DNA of 62,538 nucleotides, filler included, from Bipalium vagum (Eukaryota): NCBI GenBank assembly GCA_037834085.1. It is 3 parts of 3 records of this genome, joined end to end, with 100 filler letters (N's around TTAATTAATTAA, not from the genome) between each part and the next. Parts side by side here need not be neighbours in the genome. Positions count along the whole stretch, not along the records: positions 1 to 23,243 come from JBBMKC010211927.1; positions 23,344 to 41,515 come from JBBMKC010037958.1; 1 more part is not named here. One strand, 5' to 3'. Shown piece by piece: positions 10,926 to 23,753 of this stretch (position 1 is its first letter; each line of letters starts with the position of its first letter). The notes under the pieces were generated by a model. It saw only the letters and a program-made list of their open reading frames with translations, ran no database searches and was not told where the DNA came from. The position numbers and the translations under genes were made by a program.

Positions 10926-12334
10926 TTTTATTATATTATCATTTCGATCAAAAATTTTATTGTAGAATATCTTTTGTATATTGTCATAAAAATAAAATTT
11001 ATAAAAAGTTTGTGAGAATAAGAAAAAATTTAGAGAAAACCATTTTTAATTGTGATAGGTACACTACCTTCACAAATACAGTTTAAGGGTTCAGAAACAG
11101 TACTCGACCATCTTAAAACCGAACAACCCTTAAAAAGGGTTATTTCTTATAACGATTTTTAAGTATACTTCGATAAATTTATGATAATTATAGGAGTAGC
11201 CCAAAACAGTTGGACGTCGTGGTATGAATAGAATTATAATAGAATGCAGTCTAGTTTGCGGTGCTTATTATAATGAAGAAATTAGAAAATTCAAAAACTT
11301 TGAAATAGTAAAATGTTTAAAATAATAGAAATAGGAAAAATTATAAAAAAACAAAAATTATAAATTCATAAAAATCATAAAAAATGAAAAACTCTAAATC
11401 TTATAGTTTTAAAAAAATGTAAAAATCATAAAATCATGAAAAATTTGTACTAAATCTGAAATACCTTATCTTGGGTGCCTCGTTTGTTAGGTCATTTTTA
11501 AGCAACTGTCCTGTGTACACAAGTAACATCGTTTTTCTGAATAACGTCATACGTACCGGAATTATATGATTCTTATTTGAATAACGATATTATGCTTAAC
11601 ACTTCCGGAGAATTTAGTCTGGAATTGCTGCGCTCGATAGTTTACGTAGACACCATAGATGATATCTGTTATGGTAAGCTGAGCTCATTTCTTTAAGCTT
11701 CACTGGGCTTAAGGTGATTAGCTTGGACTCTATTTTTGTCATAATTTGCTGAATTAGATTGATTGTTAATCAAAATCAAAAATTATAATTATAATTATAT
11801 GTATGTTAAGAAAATTGATGTCACGATTTTAAATTTAATAAATTTGTAAGAAAAATTTAAAAATATTGAGGATAAAGTTTTATCCACATTAATTTTTATT
11901 GAAAAATTATTTTCTTTCTTTTGTAAACCAAAAATTCTGAATCATTAAATTTCAATTAGATTGACAATTTTTTATCAAAATATTAAACCTATGGGTTAGA
12001 TGAAAATTTAGTTAAATAGATTTTGTGATGCCTTAAATATTATTACTTCACATTTTTACTTTACGCTTTAAAAAAATGTTAAAAATTTCAAAAAATTATA
12101 ATTAAGTCAATTTTTAAAAAAAATTTAAATCAAATTGATAATAAATAAGATCTAGATGAAACCGAATAAAAGTAATACTCAGCTTACTAAATAATTGAAT
12201 TTGTTCAGAAATAAATCGTTTAATATAATTTATTAAAAAGTTATGTGTTTTAATAAATAAAATTATAGAAATTTACAATAACAAACAAATCTTAAATCTT
12301 GTTTATTGCACAAATAGTAACATTACTTAAGGAA

Positions 12335-14603
12335 ATGAGTAAACGAGAAAGTGACAGCTCTGGTGATGTTTCTGTAAAAAAGCGACGAAAAAGTCGCTGG
12401 GAAGGATCAGAGAAAAGTAAATGTTTCTTACCAGGGATGCCAACTCAGCTGCCTTCAAATCTTTCTCCTTTAGAAGAAGAATCCTATCTAAGTAATTAAT
12501 AATTTTATTCTTTCTATATAGATACATAAATATTAGATAATTCATATTATTGTAAACTTTTCTAAACATTGAAATTATAAATTATTGATTTAATTACATT
12601 TGACGAAATGTAAAATTATTCCTTTTTGATATTATTTAAATGTTTGTAAGATAAGAGGTGAAGAAGATGCCGAATGTATTTTTTTGTAGAAATTGTTGAA
12701 ACCATCAAGAATTACTAATCTAATGATCTAATTAGAAATGTGGAATCAACCAGGTCGATTCATAACACGAATAATAATTAGTAAGTGGAAATAATTATTG
12801 AGTAGGTGAATATAATTGCCAATTGTAAACTAATTATTCATTTTCAAATTATTCAATTAAACATGTATGTTTTATTTGATGAATTTTATAGTTCAATTAC
12901 AAATTGAAGATATCAGTAGAAGATTACGAAATCAGGACTATTCAAGTTACAAAAATAACGCGGAAAGGTAATTTATCATTTTTTGTATTTCTATAAATGT
13001 GCCAGCCAATAAGATGACAAAAGTTAAATATTGTCATGGTAATATAATTATAACGAAACAATTATTAGAACTTTGTGTTATAATCTTTAATTCTTCATAA
13101 TGGATTTCTTTAATTGATTATTTATAACTTAACGTAATTATGATAACAAAAAATCAATTATGAATATTGAGTTTTTATTTATCAAATAATATTAATATTT
13201 TAAAGATAATAACAATAACAACTTTCGTCAAACATTTTTGATTGGTTCATCATACTTTTGGTTTTAATGGCAGAAGTTAATATTCCATTATAGATCTCCG
13301 TCTCCAGAACCGATTTATAATAATGAGGGGAAAAGGGTTAATACAAGAGACATGAGAGCCAGACAAAAACTCGAGGGTCAGCGCCACAAACTTGTTCAAC
13401 GGTTAATGGTTATTAAACCGGAATATAAGCCACCAGTCGATTACAGGTTTATTGTAAAATAAATTATTTTTCGATTTAATCGATATTTTTAGGGTTCCCA
13501 ATAATCGTGAAGTAGATAAAGTATTCATACCACAAGACGAGCATCCAGAATTGAATTTCGTTGGATTATTGATAGGTCCAAGAGGAAATACGTTAAAATC
13601 ATTAGAGAAAGAGGTGATGGGAGACTTTTTGGTTCATTATTGACTTTCTCATCATCGATTTCTTTTAGACAGGTGCAAAAATCATTATCCGTGGTAGAGG
13701 AAGTGTGAAAGATGGAAAGGTCGGCGGAAAAGACGGTTTGCCACTTCCTGGTGAAGATGAGCCTCTCCATGCGTACATAACGGCTCCGATTCGAGAATGT
13801 GTCGAAAAGGCGATTAAACGGATCAAAGAGATCATCCAGGAGGGTGTCGAAATTCCCGAAAACCAAAACGATTTGAGAAAGTCGCAAATGAAGGAGCTGG
13901 CACTACTCAACGGAACGTTCCGCGAGGTGGACGGGTTAAACAAGCTGAAAATGATCGCAGAAGCCCAGACGATAGTCACGAATACTATAATTTGTAGTCT
14001 GTGCGGCGGTGTCGGCCACATTCCATCTGATTGCAAAATCGACCGAAAAACAATGACCAAAGTGAATTCTGTGCAGGACAATGAGAAAGCAAAAATGGAC
14101 AGCGAGTACACTGCTCTCATGGAAGAGCTGGGCGTGGAAAAGAAGATCTTGGGCTTCAAATTACCTCCGAAACCGATCCAAAACAGCGTTGCTGCTTCTT
14201 TGAAGCCATCATCTGCCATCGCCCCGTTCCACGATGAAAGTAAGATCGATTGAAATCGTTTTTTTCATGATGTATATTGATATCTGTACGTTTGCTATTT
14301 CAGGACCGTCTACAATCAGAGACGTCATTTATCCATTCAGAACTGGTCACGAAACGACTTTTATTCCGTCTACACTTCCTCCTCCTCCCCCTCCCGCCCC
14401 TTGTCCCATCCAGACCGTCACTCCTCAGCCCCATCCATTCACCAGTACTGTTCAGAGATATTTCCCGCCAATTTTGCCAAGTATTGATTTCTTTTCAATT
14501 ATTATTTTTTATTTGGCACAATTTTTGATTTTTAGATGGACCTCTGGCACATTTTGGCAACATCTCCGTTCCACCTCCACCTCCTCCAACGAGACCTATT
14601 TAA
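12335..14603 (+). CDS. SF1: Splicing factor 1 / branchpoint-binding protein, 7 exons, ~440 aa
   Basis: Exons 12335-12491, 12892-12967, 13294-13446, 13493-13613, 13669-14239, 14304-14480 and 14536-14603. Motifs: [53 protein letters not shown]2 [11 protein letters not shown], zinc knuckle [14 protein letters not shown], Pro-rich tail. Confidence 0.96.
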
Positions 14604-15998
14604 ATCAATAATAAATATGATAATGAAAAATTATTATTTATTCGTTTTTTGATGATAGTTTCAAAAATAAATAATTTTCGATTTAGTTTTTCATTTATAA
14701 ATCGATAAAACGTGTTTTAATCGATTTTTGAATTTGTACTTTGAGTGGAGGATATATTGTGTTTGTAGAAATATTTTTGGTTGGATTTGGTTTTTGAAAT
14801 TGGTATAATTATACGACCTATGACTGGCGGAATCACGAAAACTATTGATTTCTTCCAGGTGCTCCATAATTTAAGGTATTTGATTTGAAAATCAAGTAGT
14901 TCAAAATGATTGGTTTCTCAACTCTCATGTTTGCCAATCACGTGATCAATTAATTAGTTTAAAATTTTTGTCTTTAGATTCTTAAAGTATTTTACCACAT
15001 TTAATTTTTTGATCTGAGTTCTTTTGCCATAATAAGTTGATAAGTATTGTAACCAATGATGAAAGGATTTGTGGTCAGCCAGTTAGTGGTGATGATGTTG
15101 CGTTAATATATTTTAAACTGATTTATTAGCAGGTTTTGTACTATTAAATCAATTTCTACTTGAGAATTAAGCAGTTATAAAAAACGTATTCGTATTAACT
15201 CCAAGTTTCTTTTAGGATGGATGTTGAGGAGTGAACGATTTCTTCTTTTAGAACTCATTTTTAAGTGATCGAAAACGATTCAATTTGCGGCATTATAAGA
15301 GATTTCAATTTGATTAATTTTCTAAAAGATGATTAAATGAAAGTATTTCTTAATGTGTAAACTGATCAAAATTTTAGACCTTAATGGAAGTTGATGGTTT
15401 TCTACACCAATATTATCTATTCTATTTTTAAATCAATTAACTTTAAGCTGTACCTTTCATGTGTAGCTCATTAAACTATTTGCATATCACAACTGAAGTT
15501 AAACTATTTTAATTTAGGTTTTTAGAAATGTAATGTGGGATTCCCAAAGGCAAGACAATGAAAGTCCTCTGTGGGTACTAAATAATAAAATATTACTCAT
15601 TTTAAAAGTAATTTTATTAATAATAAGTCGATTATAATAAAATAATAAAACAATCTAATTTCGACGTCGATATTATGTCAGACAAATGTCGATTAACCAA
15701 CGATTGAGTAGTCGACTGGCTAATCTATATATTGGGGTAGAGTCCTCTACGGACTAGCGAGAGTAGTTTTTTAAATAATATTACGGAAAAGAATAAAGGA
15801 AGTTTTGTGTCAGAAGAATTGCTAAAATAATAAAAAAATAATGGAATTTACTTGAAAAGATTTAGCATTGTTTAATGATCCCAATTGCTTATATTTTACG
15901 ACAGAATTACTTGATATGTCAATGAGTCATCTTAAAAACCTTTTTATTTGTTGGGTTGCCAAAGGCACAAACCCTAGATTTGAAGATCACCAAGAGTC

Positions 15999-16033
<35 letters not shown>

Positions 16034-16228
16034 TTAAAAAAATAATATTAATTAAAAAAAATTATAATTTTTAAAAAATTACCAAAAACAATATAGCAAA
16101 ATCTCATCGTGCACAAATAGTGATAAATCACGGAAATTTAAAATTAACATTGAAATCTATCGCGTCGTGGTGATATTAAATTATTAAAATTTTGAGTTTT
16201 TCCCAAACTTTATCTCGCCGTCTCTTAG

Positions 16229-16877
16229 TGTAGGGTTTGATGATCGTTGACCAATCTCTACGACGATATATAGAGACGGCTATTCCCAGAAATTTGCCAG
16301 GAAAAAAAGCAAGAAATTTTTTTAAAAAGATTTATTTGCCATTTCAAAAGAGGATTTGTTTGTGGATAAATATAATTTTTCTATTCCGAAGAAGGAGATT
16401 CCGTGATCAACCAAGACATTCTAGGGAGATCCTACTTTACCAACTTATGACACAAATGATTCAACAGGATTTAACATTGGAATCCAGCAAGTTTGGGAAT
16501 CCCTATGTGACCTGAAAATGGCTTAGGGGACCACTTGAGGACTTCTTGTCGCTCCGAGTGAGAGTATCATTAATTTGTTGTTTTTTTGTTTTGATTCATA
16601 TTAACGTTCGACATTAACATTTATTTAGTTTATTTTGATTTTAACTATATATTATTTGATTCGACATTTTTATCATATTATAATCAGCAGAATTTTGATT
16701 AATTTGGTGTTAGTGACTTTTCAGATATTTGATCCTCCTGTATATTGAACTGAACTGTGTTATACGACGTCTGATATTTTTTAATAAAGTTTTATTGTGA
16801 TTGCTTTGATTCAATTATGGTGTGAATAAAGTATTATTGCAGGATGATTCCCTTAGATGTAAATTTGTGCCGCTACA
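16229..16877 (+). mobile_element. Possible solo LTR
   Basis: Starts TGTAG and ends CTACA, with internal TATA-like and AATAAA signals near the 3' end. Flanks ttag/atag are only an imperfect 4-bp TSD. Confidence 0.3.
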
Positions 16878-17847
16878 ATAGCAATGCGAATAGCAATACG
16901 AACATTTAGTGATGACATGTTGATTTGCGAGGGAAGGTTATTTTGTAAAGGTATATTAGTAACAGTCAGAAGAATTCAAGGTTTTTCTTAATGTTTATTT
17001 TCAACACGACACTTGATTATCCAATGGGTCTCGTCCAGCTATGGAATCTATAGTCGACCATTCAGGGACTATCAGGTGTCCCAGTGACCCATTGTTCACA
17101 AAAGGTGAGTGTTTCTTGAATGTTATTATTTTTCTAATTCTAAAATTAATATTTCTTCTTTACCTTCTTTACATTCACTTGAGTACCATTTTAATGTTAT
17201 TAATCATTATATTTAGCTGTTTAAAGTTTATTTGTTGTTAATATTATTATCAATTTATTTAAGCGGTCTAATTATTCGATTGGTTTGAATACTATTGACT
17301 ATTTTATGATAGTGATTAACCTGAAGACATCGTTCATTTTCTGTAATTGATTCGAATTTAAATGATTGCAGTAAACGAGAAATAAATGTTTATTATGATT
17401 ATAGTGACTCATTCACATATTTAAAGGTCATTGTAGTTGTTTTGATTCCCATAGTAAAGGTTGTTTTGAGTCAGAAGTGCATGAACAAGTTAATAACTAA
17501 ATGAGGGGTCAGCCAAAATTGTGAGCTTAAAGTTAATTAAAGTTAAAGCGTAACAAAACGATGAATATGATTATTTCCTGAAATTGTAGGACTTCAAAAG
17601 GGTTACCTAGCGCAATAAATTTATTTTAAAAAGTTTGACAAAATCGAAATTAAAAGAAAAATTAAAAACCAGTGAGGCAATCAAGGAGTTCTTTAAACAC
17701 ATGTTCGCAAATACATTCACCTGTGAACAGAGAAATATAAACAAAAAGTGAAATAGGGTTTTGGAGTTCGGAACTGATCAATGGGAAACTTAAAATTTGG
17801 TCATAACAATGTTTACTTCAAACAGCAAGTAATCCGATTTCGATTGC

Positions 17848-17857
17848 TATATAAAAA
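17848..17857 (+). promoter_or_regulatory. TATA box of the secreted-peptide gene
   Basis: TATATAAAAA about 23 nt upstream of a TCATT initiator-like sequence and about 45 nt upstream of the first ATG (17893). Confidence 0.55.
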
Positions 17858-17948
17858 GAACTACAGTTTCTCATTTTATTTCAACTGTCCTAATGAATAT
17901 GGTTCTTTTAGACTTTTATTTATATTAACATTCACTTTTTTTGTTCAG

Positions 17949-18155
17949 ATGTTCTGGTTCTTCGTTGCTCTAATGGTTTCTGTCCATGCAGCACAAGAAA
18001 ATACTACTCTGAAACCCAAAGACCCCTGCCCAGATGTAATGAAGAAATGCCGAACTTGGTGCGTATGGGAGAAGAAGTGCATGCTTAGATGTATTGATGC
18101 ATCTAAGTTATGCAAGAGAAATAAAAGTATTTATATGAGTTTCATCGAAGAATAA
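17949..18155 (+). CDS. Orphan secreted cysteine-rich peptide (68 aa; possible 3-codon first exon 17893-17901)
   Basis: MFWFFVALMVSVHA signal-like leader, then six Cys (C-x6-C-x3-C-x5-C-x3-C-x6-C). TATA box upstream, candidate 47-nt GT-AG intron 17902-17948, AATAAA overlapping the stop. Confidence 0.7.
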   Translation: MFWFFVALMVSVHAAQENTTLKPKDPCPDVMKKCRTWCVWEKKCMLRCIDASKLCKRNKSIYMSFIEE

Positions 18156-19049
18156 ATATTGGTTCTTTTGATTATTTTTTGCAAATTCTTTTTATCATTT
18201 AAAAAATTATGTTTAACTTTCCGACCTTTACTCATTTTCTCCTTATAAAAATACCTAAAGTCCACCATCTATCTATTCTTTTTGATAATTTATTTTCTTT
18301 AATCTTTTATTTAATTTTCGATGGTAATGTTTAACATTTTAGCATATAGTTTAGTCCAGGTCGTGTTAAAGTGGAAAAAGATTCATATTTTAACGAGAAT
18401 CTTATCACAGAATATATCATTACATACGAAATTTTTTTGTAGTTTTTCTATTTAAAATAAGAAAAACGAAATAATCTAATTATAGCCTGTATTTAGGAGG
18501 CTTCCAAAGTAATCTGGAAAATGCAACACTGTCATAAGAACAAATATCAGAACCAATTAAATTTTATTGCCAAATTATTTCTCAAATAAGTTCAATAAAA
18601 TCCTGATATTTCAAGGTATTGGGGAAACAACGTTTACCAGATGATGATGAAGAATTTAGAATTTAAATTATTATTTTTTTTATTATTACTTTTAATTAAT
18701 TAAAATAAAATTTGCTTTAAAAAGGAATGATAAAAGAATTCGTTAATTAGGATTAAAAGATTTCAAATAAAAATATTTCATTTGGGGTGTTAATTAACAC
18801 TAACCAATAAAAGTATTTTACTTATAGATGCACACAATAAGCCAGAGTTATGAATATGACTAAAAATGCCAATAAAATCAAGAAAAATTACTGCTTTAAG
18901 ATAAGTTTTTTTGGGATTTGTCTGAGTTTAATTGATTAATGAATTGTAATTGGTGGATTGATTGGGGAGTTCAATATTTTCAGTAGTTGCAAAGCAAAGT
19001 ACTATTTTACAACGAACTCATTATTATATGATTGATATGTTCATGTAGA

Positions 19050-19870
19050 TGTAGAGTTCAACGCTATGGTTTTACTTAAATTGGATCTTCTTTTGTCGAC
19101 TTTCATGTTTGACCCACTTTGTGTATCTCACATCCCAGTTATTAAATGGGTTTTCATGTTTACTTTATAATTGTCATTAACCTAAATTCTCTTCTGACTT
19201 TAGTTCTATCGCTTTTCGAAAACTTTTCCCCATATGGAATAAAATCATCACAACAACCGACCAGTAATCTCCTTTCAATGTCATCTTTCTCCATCTAATC
19301 CTTTCCATTGAAGGATAAGTCCATTTTTTGCTTATCAATCCTTTCAATAACCTTTTGTATTAATATTGTTTCCTCAAATAGTTATTCTATTGCTCTGCAT
19401 ATCCCATCTAAATATCTGCTATTGCTCAAACTACAATATTTGACATATTTTTTCCGTGGTAAAAATAAGTTCAGATATTTTCAATAAAAAAGACTGTCGC
19501 CTACGCATTACATTGTTTCGTTTCAGTATTCAGAGAAAAAACAAAGAATTTATCTCAAGTTTACCTCAAAATCTCAACCTAGACCACAGGACGACAGTCA
19601 GCGTATCGATGTCACCTTCATAATTCTCAATGGTTCACTTTTTAGAAAATTTTTTCTTATCTTGAAACATTCTTTTCTTTGGATATCTTTCATTCTCTCT
19701 AATGTAAGTCTGATCATTTTCCTCTGATCGAGGTTGATACATTCTAATCTCTCTTAATTTAATCGGTCTTGAAAATCTGCTGTAATAAATAAAATTCATT
19801 TATTTCTCTTCCCATTCACCTGTTTTTCTTTGGTCTGATTGTCTATTCCTGCTGTAGCAGTACTAAAGAT
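19050..19870 (-). mobile_element. Possible heavily decayed LTR-retrotransposon gag/protease relic
   Basis: Purine-rich coding-like minus strand with an IDT-ADC remnant of the DTGA protease motif near 19600; many stops. Confidence 0.25.
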
Positions 19871-20387
19871 AAAGAAAAACTATAAACATTTCCAAATTTG
19901 ATTACCTAATTGCCAATTCGGCCTTAAGTCTAAAATATTCTTGAAAATTGAAATATAATGTAAAATAATATTATTAACTTCTATCAAAAAATTTATGTCA
20001 CGATGCTTTGGGCATAATTTGACTAATGGTTATTGCGTGATGTCTTTCGATAACATTACATATTGATCATAACTACGAAATTGAATATAATTGTTCAGTG
20101 AACAGCTGTAGTACAACAAATTTACAAATTAAAATAAAAATGGGCGACATTATACCGAACTACGAATTCTGCTTAGTAAAACGTTTCTCATATAACCGAG
20201 ACCTTTGACCGGTTTCCAACTCTTCTTTTCAATTCAAAGAATTAGAATTAATATCAATATTTTACTTATTTGCATCACTGGTTAAAACTATTTCGTTGAT
20301 TTTGAGAAGAAAACTAAAACGGTCAATTTGTGGAATAAAGATCGAGTCAAAACGAAATACATTGGAATAAAATATATTTATTATGAG

Positions 20388-20775
20388 TTATATATAATGA
20401 GGTGTTTCTTGGCCGGTTAGAAGTCGAAAAATGGACGTTGGCATCGTTCGAATATGGATCTACAAAGAATGATGATTAACTGAAAACAGAAAAATTTAAG
20501 AGGTCTTCATTTACTTCTCCAACTGCGGTCGCAAGCATATTTACAATTTTTTCATGAGATACAGCCACAACGCTGACACCGTTGATTTCAATAATATGAT
20601 GTCCCACACGAATCCCTCCTCTCTCTGCAATGCCGCCTCTCAATAAACTACAAATCACTCCGTTTTGAACACTGAACCCTAGCTGATATTTCGAATCTGG
20701 TCTTCGAATATAAACTTCGACCACAGGTGGGCAGTTTACAACCGTTACTTTAACAGCAGTTTGAATCTTACACCT
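20388..20775 (-). CDS. APBA: Mint/X11/LIN-10 (APBA family) last two exons: end of PDZ1, PDZ2 and C-terminal tail
   Basis: Exons 20775-20515 and 20459-20388: [77 protein letters not shown]. Upstream exons not found before the contig break. Confidence 0.95.
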
Positions 20776-22446
20776 CTGAAAGATATCACGAAACATTAAA
20801 TCCCAGAAAAGAATACACTTTTAATTCAAAAAATCGAAATAAAGTTCACTTTTCAATAAAAAATAGTTAAGATTATTCCTCACTGGGAAATTTGAAATAG
20901 AATAAACCAGATACATAGGAAATTATTTCCTGTGATTAAAGATGACCACCTTTATAAAAACTTGTTTAATCTAAAACCATCTCAATAGAATATTCGACGT
21001 GGCTCATAGTCACTGTATACATCACCAGATACTGATGAAGAGGATTTAGTTAATCGAAAATTTTTAAAAAATGAATAAAGGGTAAAGTTGATTTATGAGC
21101 GGTTCAACAACCGACCGATTCATGATACCATAATTCTGAATTGGATAATTTGACATTCACATCGATCCAGTGTAGAAAATCAAAAGCTGTAATCATTATG
21201 TGTACTTTATACCTATCTGTTTCTATTCCTACTAAAGAAAACCTAAGATCAAACCAAAAACCGTACTATTTTATAATGAGACCAAAGTTGAAGTATATGT
21301 GCTCGATCAGGTAATTAGACAAAATTTCAGTCAAAGCTTCATCCAGACGTTGGGCTATGCACTTCTTTAGAGTAAAAAGTTTATTCAATTTTTAAATTGA
21401 AAAAAGACTTATGGGCCACCCTGTAGTACTACACATAAAAATAACATCGACTCGTTCATTTAGTAATGCGCAACTCCAGAAATCAGACTAAATAGAACCA
21501 AAAGAGATCGAAATTTATTGATTGAATATCCAATTCAAAAAAGTATTGGAGTATATGAGAGTAATCACCATTATACATTTTCAGAACATCTCATCCAAGA
21601 ATTAATTTTTAAAATAGACTAGTAGAAACTAGAAGAGAAAGATATCTGTAAAAGAATATTAAAAAAAAAAAGATAGAAATTCACTATTTAGAAATATGGA
21701 AGAAAAAAGAGAACACGAATATTCTCCTGGATTAAATCGACCAGTGAAAATAGAAATAAAAATATAGATTAATTTATATTTACTCAACTGAGGAAACTAA
21801 TAAAATAAATAATAACGAATAATATTAAATAAAATGTCTTTTTAGACATCTCCCAGACACAATCAGAAAAATTATTTAATGATCATTAAGAATCGAATAC
21901 CAGAAAAAGAAATTTCAGCCATTCATTTAGTCCTATCCTTTCATTTGGAAAATTCGAGGGGACTTTTTAAAATCTCCGTTTTCTGATATTTAGATATTTC
22001 ATAATGACCACCTACCTCTTAATTATATCTTTTGTACTACTTCTCCTGGTCGGTAAATCCGTCAATTACACCGATTAGATTTCAAATATAACTGAAACGT
22101 TTCCAAATCTTAACAGACTTGTAACAGAGACCAAAAGACAATAATTAAAAATATTTTTCATAAAATATAGGGACTGTTAAGCTAGGTTAGTTATGAAAAA
22201 GCATACACCAGATCAAAATGAATATATAAAATTACTGTTTCGAATATTATAATATTGCATAAGAGTGCTGTTTGAAAATTTTTGAAAGCAACAGGGCTAA
22301 TTTACTATTAAAGTAAAAATATATAAGCCCTTTTAATGTTTCATCTTTAATCCTAACGTATTTTTGAACAATAAATGTTGCTTTATTCTTTTGATTTCTA
22401 AAGCTTTTCAAACCATCTCGTATTAAAATCTTCAAATAATTATATA

Positions 22447-23107
22447 TGTGTTTCAAAAGTAGTAACGCATATTTTAAACAATCAAAATTTTTAGAATTAT
22501 TAGATTATTGATTGGAAGTTTTTTTATTCCAAAGGAAACGAAAAGAGAGTGAGATCCTCATAAATAAATAATTCGTCAAAATCGGTTCGCAATGCTGGTG
22601 GAAATTTGGATATTCATTATATTAGTGTTCACAGAATAAAACAGACACTCGGTATGAAAACATACACTAAAAAGAAGAAACCAAAGTATATAAAAAATCA
22701 AGAATTAAGAGCACGAAAAGGAAGCAAATATATTTACAGTAAAGTAGTACCATATGGTGGAATTTTTATTTGTGTCATGGATGATGAGACTTACGTACCA
22801 GCAGATCAAAACCAAGTACCTGATAAATAATTTTATTCAGAAATACCTTGGGTGCAATTGGATCCATCACAAAAAGTTATTAAAAAGAAAAATATTATAA
22901 AAAACTGATAAAATATAAAAATAAGCTTTACTTATACATTCATGAAGGTGCAATGAAAAGCGTTATTTATTTAAAAGAATGTATTAGGAAAAGGTTATTT
23001 CCCTTTATGAAACCTGCTGATGCCGAAAATTCATATAATATTAAAATATTATTTATGGTTTTAAAATTATTGTTGTTCAAATTTCGCGGTACTGCTTTTG
23101 AAACACA
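22447..23107 (+). mobile_element. Internally deleted ITm DD37E-type transposon
   Basis: TIRs tgtgtttcaaaagtagtaacgc / gcggtactgcttttgaaacaca; ORF remnant KKPKY..CVMDDETYVPADQNQVP. Confidence 0.75.
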
Positions 23108-23243
23108 CTATAATTAAGGGTAGGTCTGGGAATTAGTTCCAATCGTTTCGTAATAGATTAATTTCTAATAACGGGTGATGCATAAAAAAGTGCACGACTT
23201 TTATCTTTCTAAAATTTGTATTTATGCATTATACTTTAATAGA

Positions 23244-23343
23244 NNNNNNNNNNNNNNNNNNNNNNNNNNNNNNNNNNNNNNNNNNNNTTAATTAATTAAN
23301 NNNNNNNNNNNNNNNNNNNNNNNNNNNNNNNNNNNNNNNNNNN
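23244..23343. other. Artificial contig spacer
   Basis: 44 N + TTAATTAATTAA (stops in six frames) + 44 N = 100 bp; identical to 41516-41615. Confidence 0.95.
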
Positions 23344-23753
23344 AACATTAATAATTTTTTTAATGAATTATAAAGCTGACATCAACATGTATATAAATTA
23401 AATTAGTTCAAATCATAAAAATTTTATTATAATTTGTAATCTACAATTATTTGTATTTTTACAGGGTGGCTTTAAACATTTGGACGGCACTGTTAATACA
23501 AATTCTTATATTTTCAAATTTACTGCTTAATTTTTCTTTAAGCTTCATGATATATAATTATTTTTGGAATCTGCCTTTCATGAATTAAATGTTAATAAAA
23601 ATCTTTTTTATATATTTGAACATAAAAAAAATTTCTAGTAATAAATGTCAAGTAATATATAGTAATGCTATTTTACAGCTATTCTTATTTATTTTACTTT
23701 TGTTTTAATATTTCTCTATTTAATAATAATATATTCATTTTTGAAATTTACAA

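Noticed and set aside
11050-11760. Coding-like, GC-richer stretches upstream of SF1
   Set aside because: All frames are interrupted and no motif was recognised; probably an unidentified TE remnant.
13525-14219. Minus-strand ORFs of 120 and 184 aa
   Set aside because: Antisense shadows of the GC-richer SF1 exon 5.
17781-17948. N-terminal 56 aa of the 124-aa ORF
   Set aside because: Overlaps the TATA box and a probable intron; the signal peptide starts at 17949.
23288-23299. Palindromic TTAATTAATTAA as a biological site
   Set aside because: Centred in fixed 44-N flanks twice; an assembly spacer.
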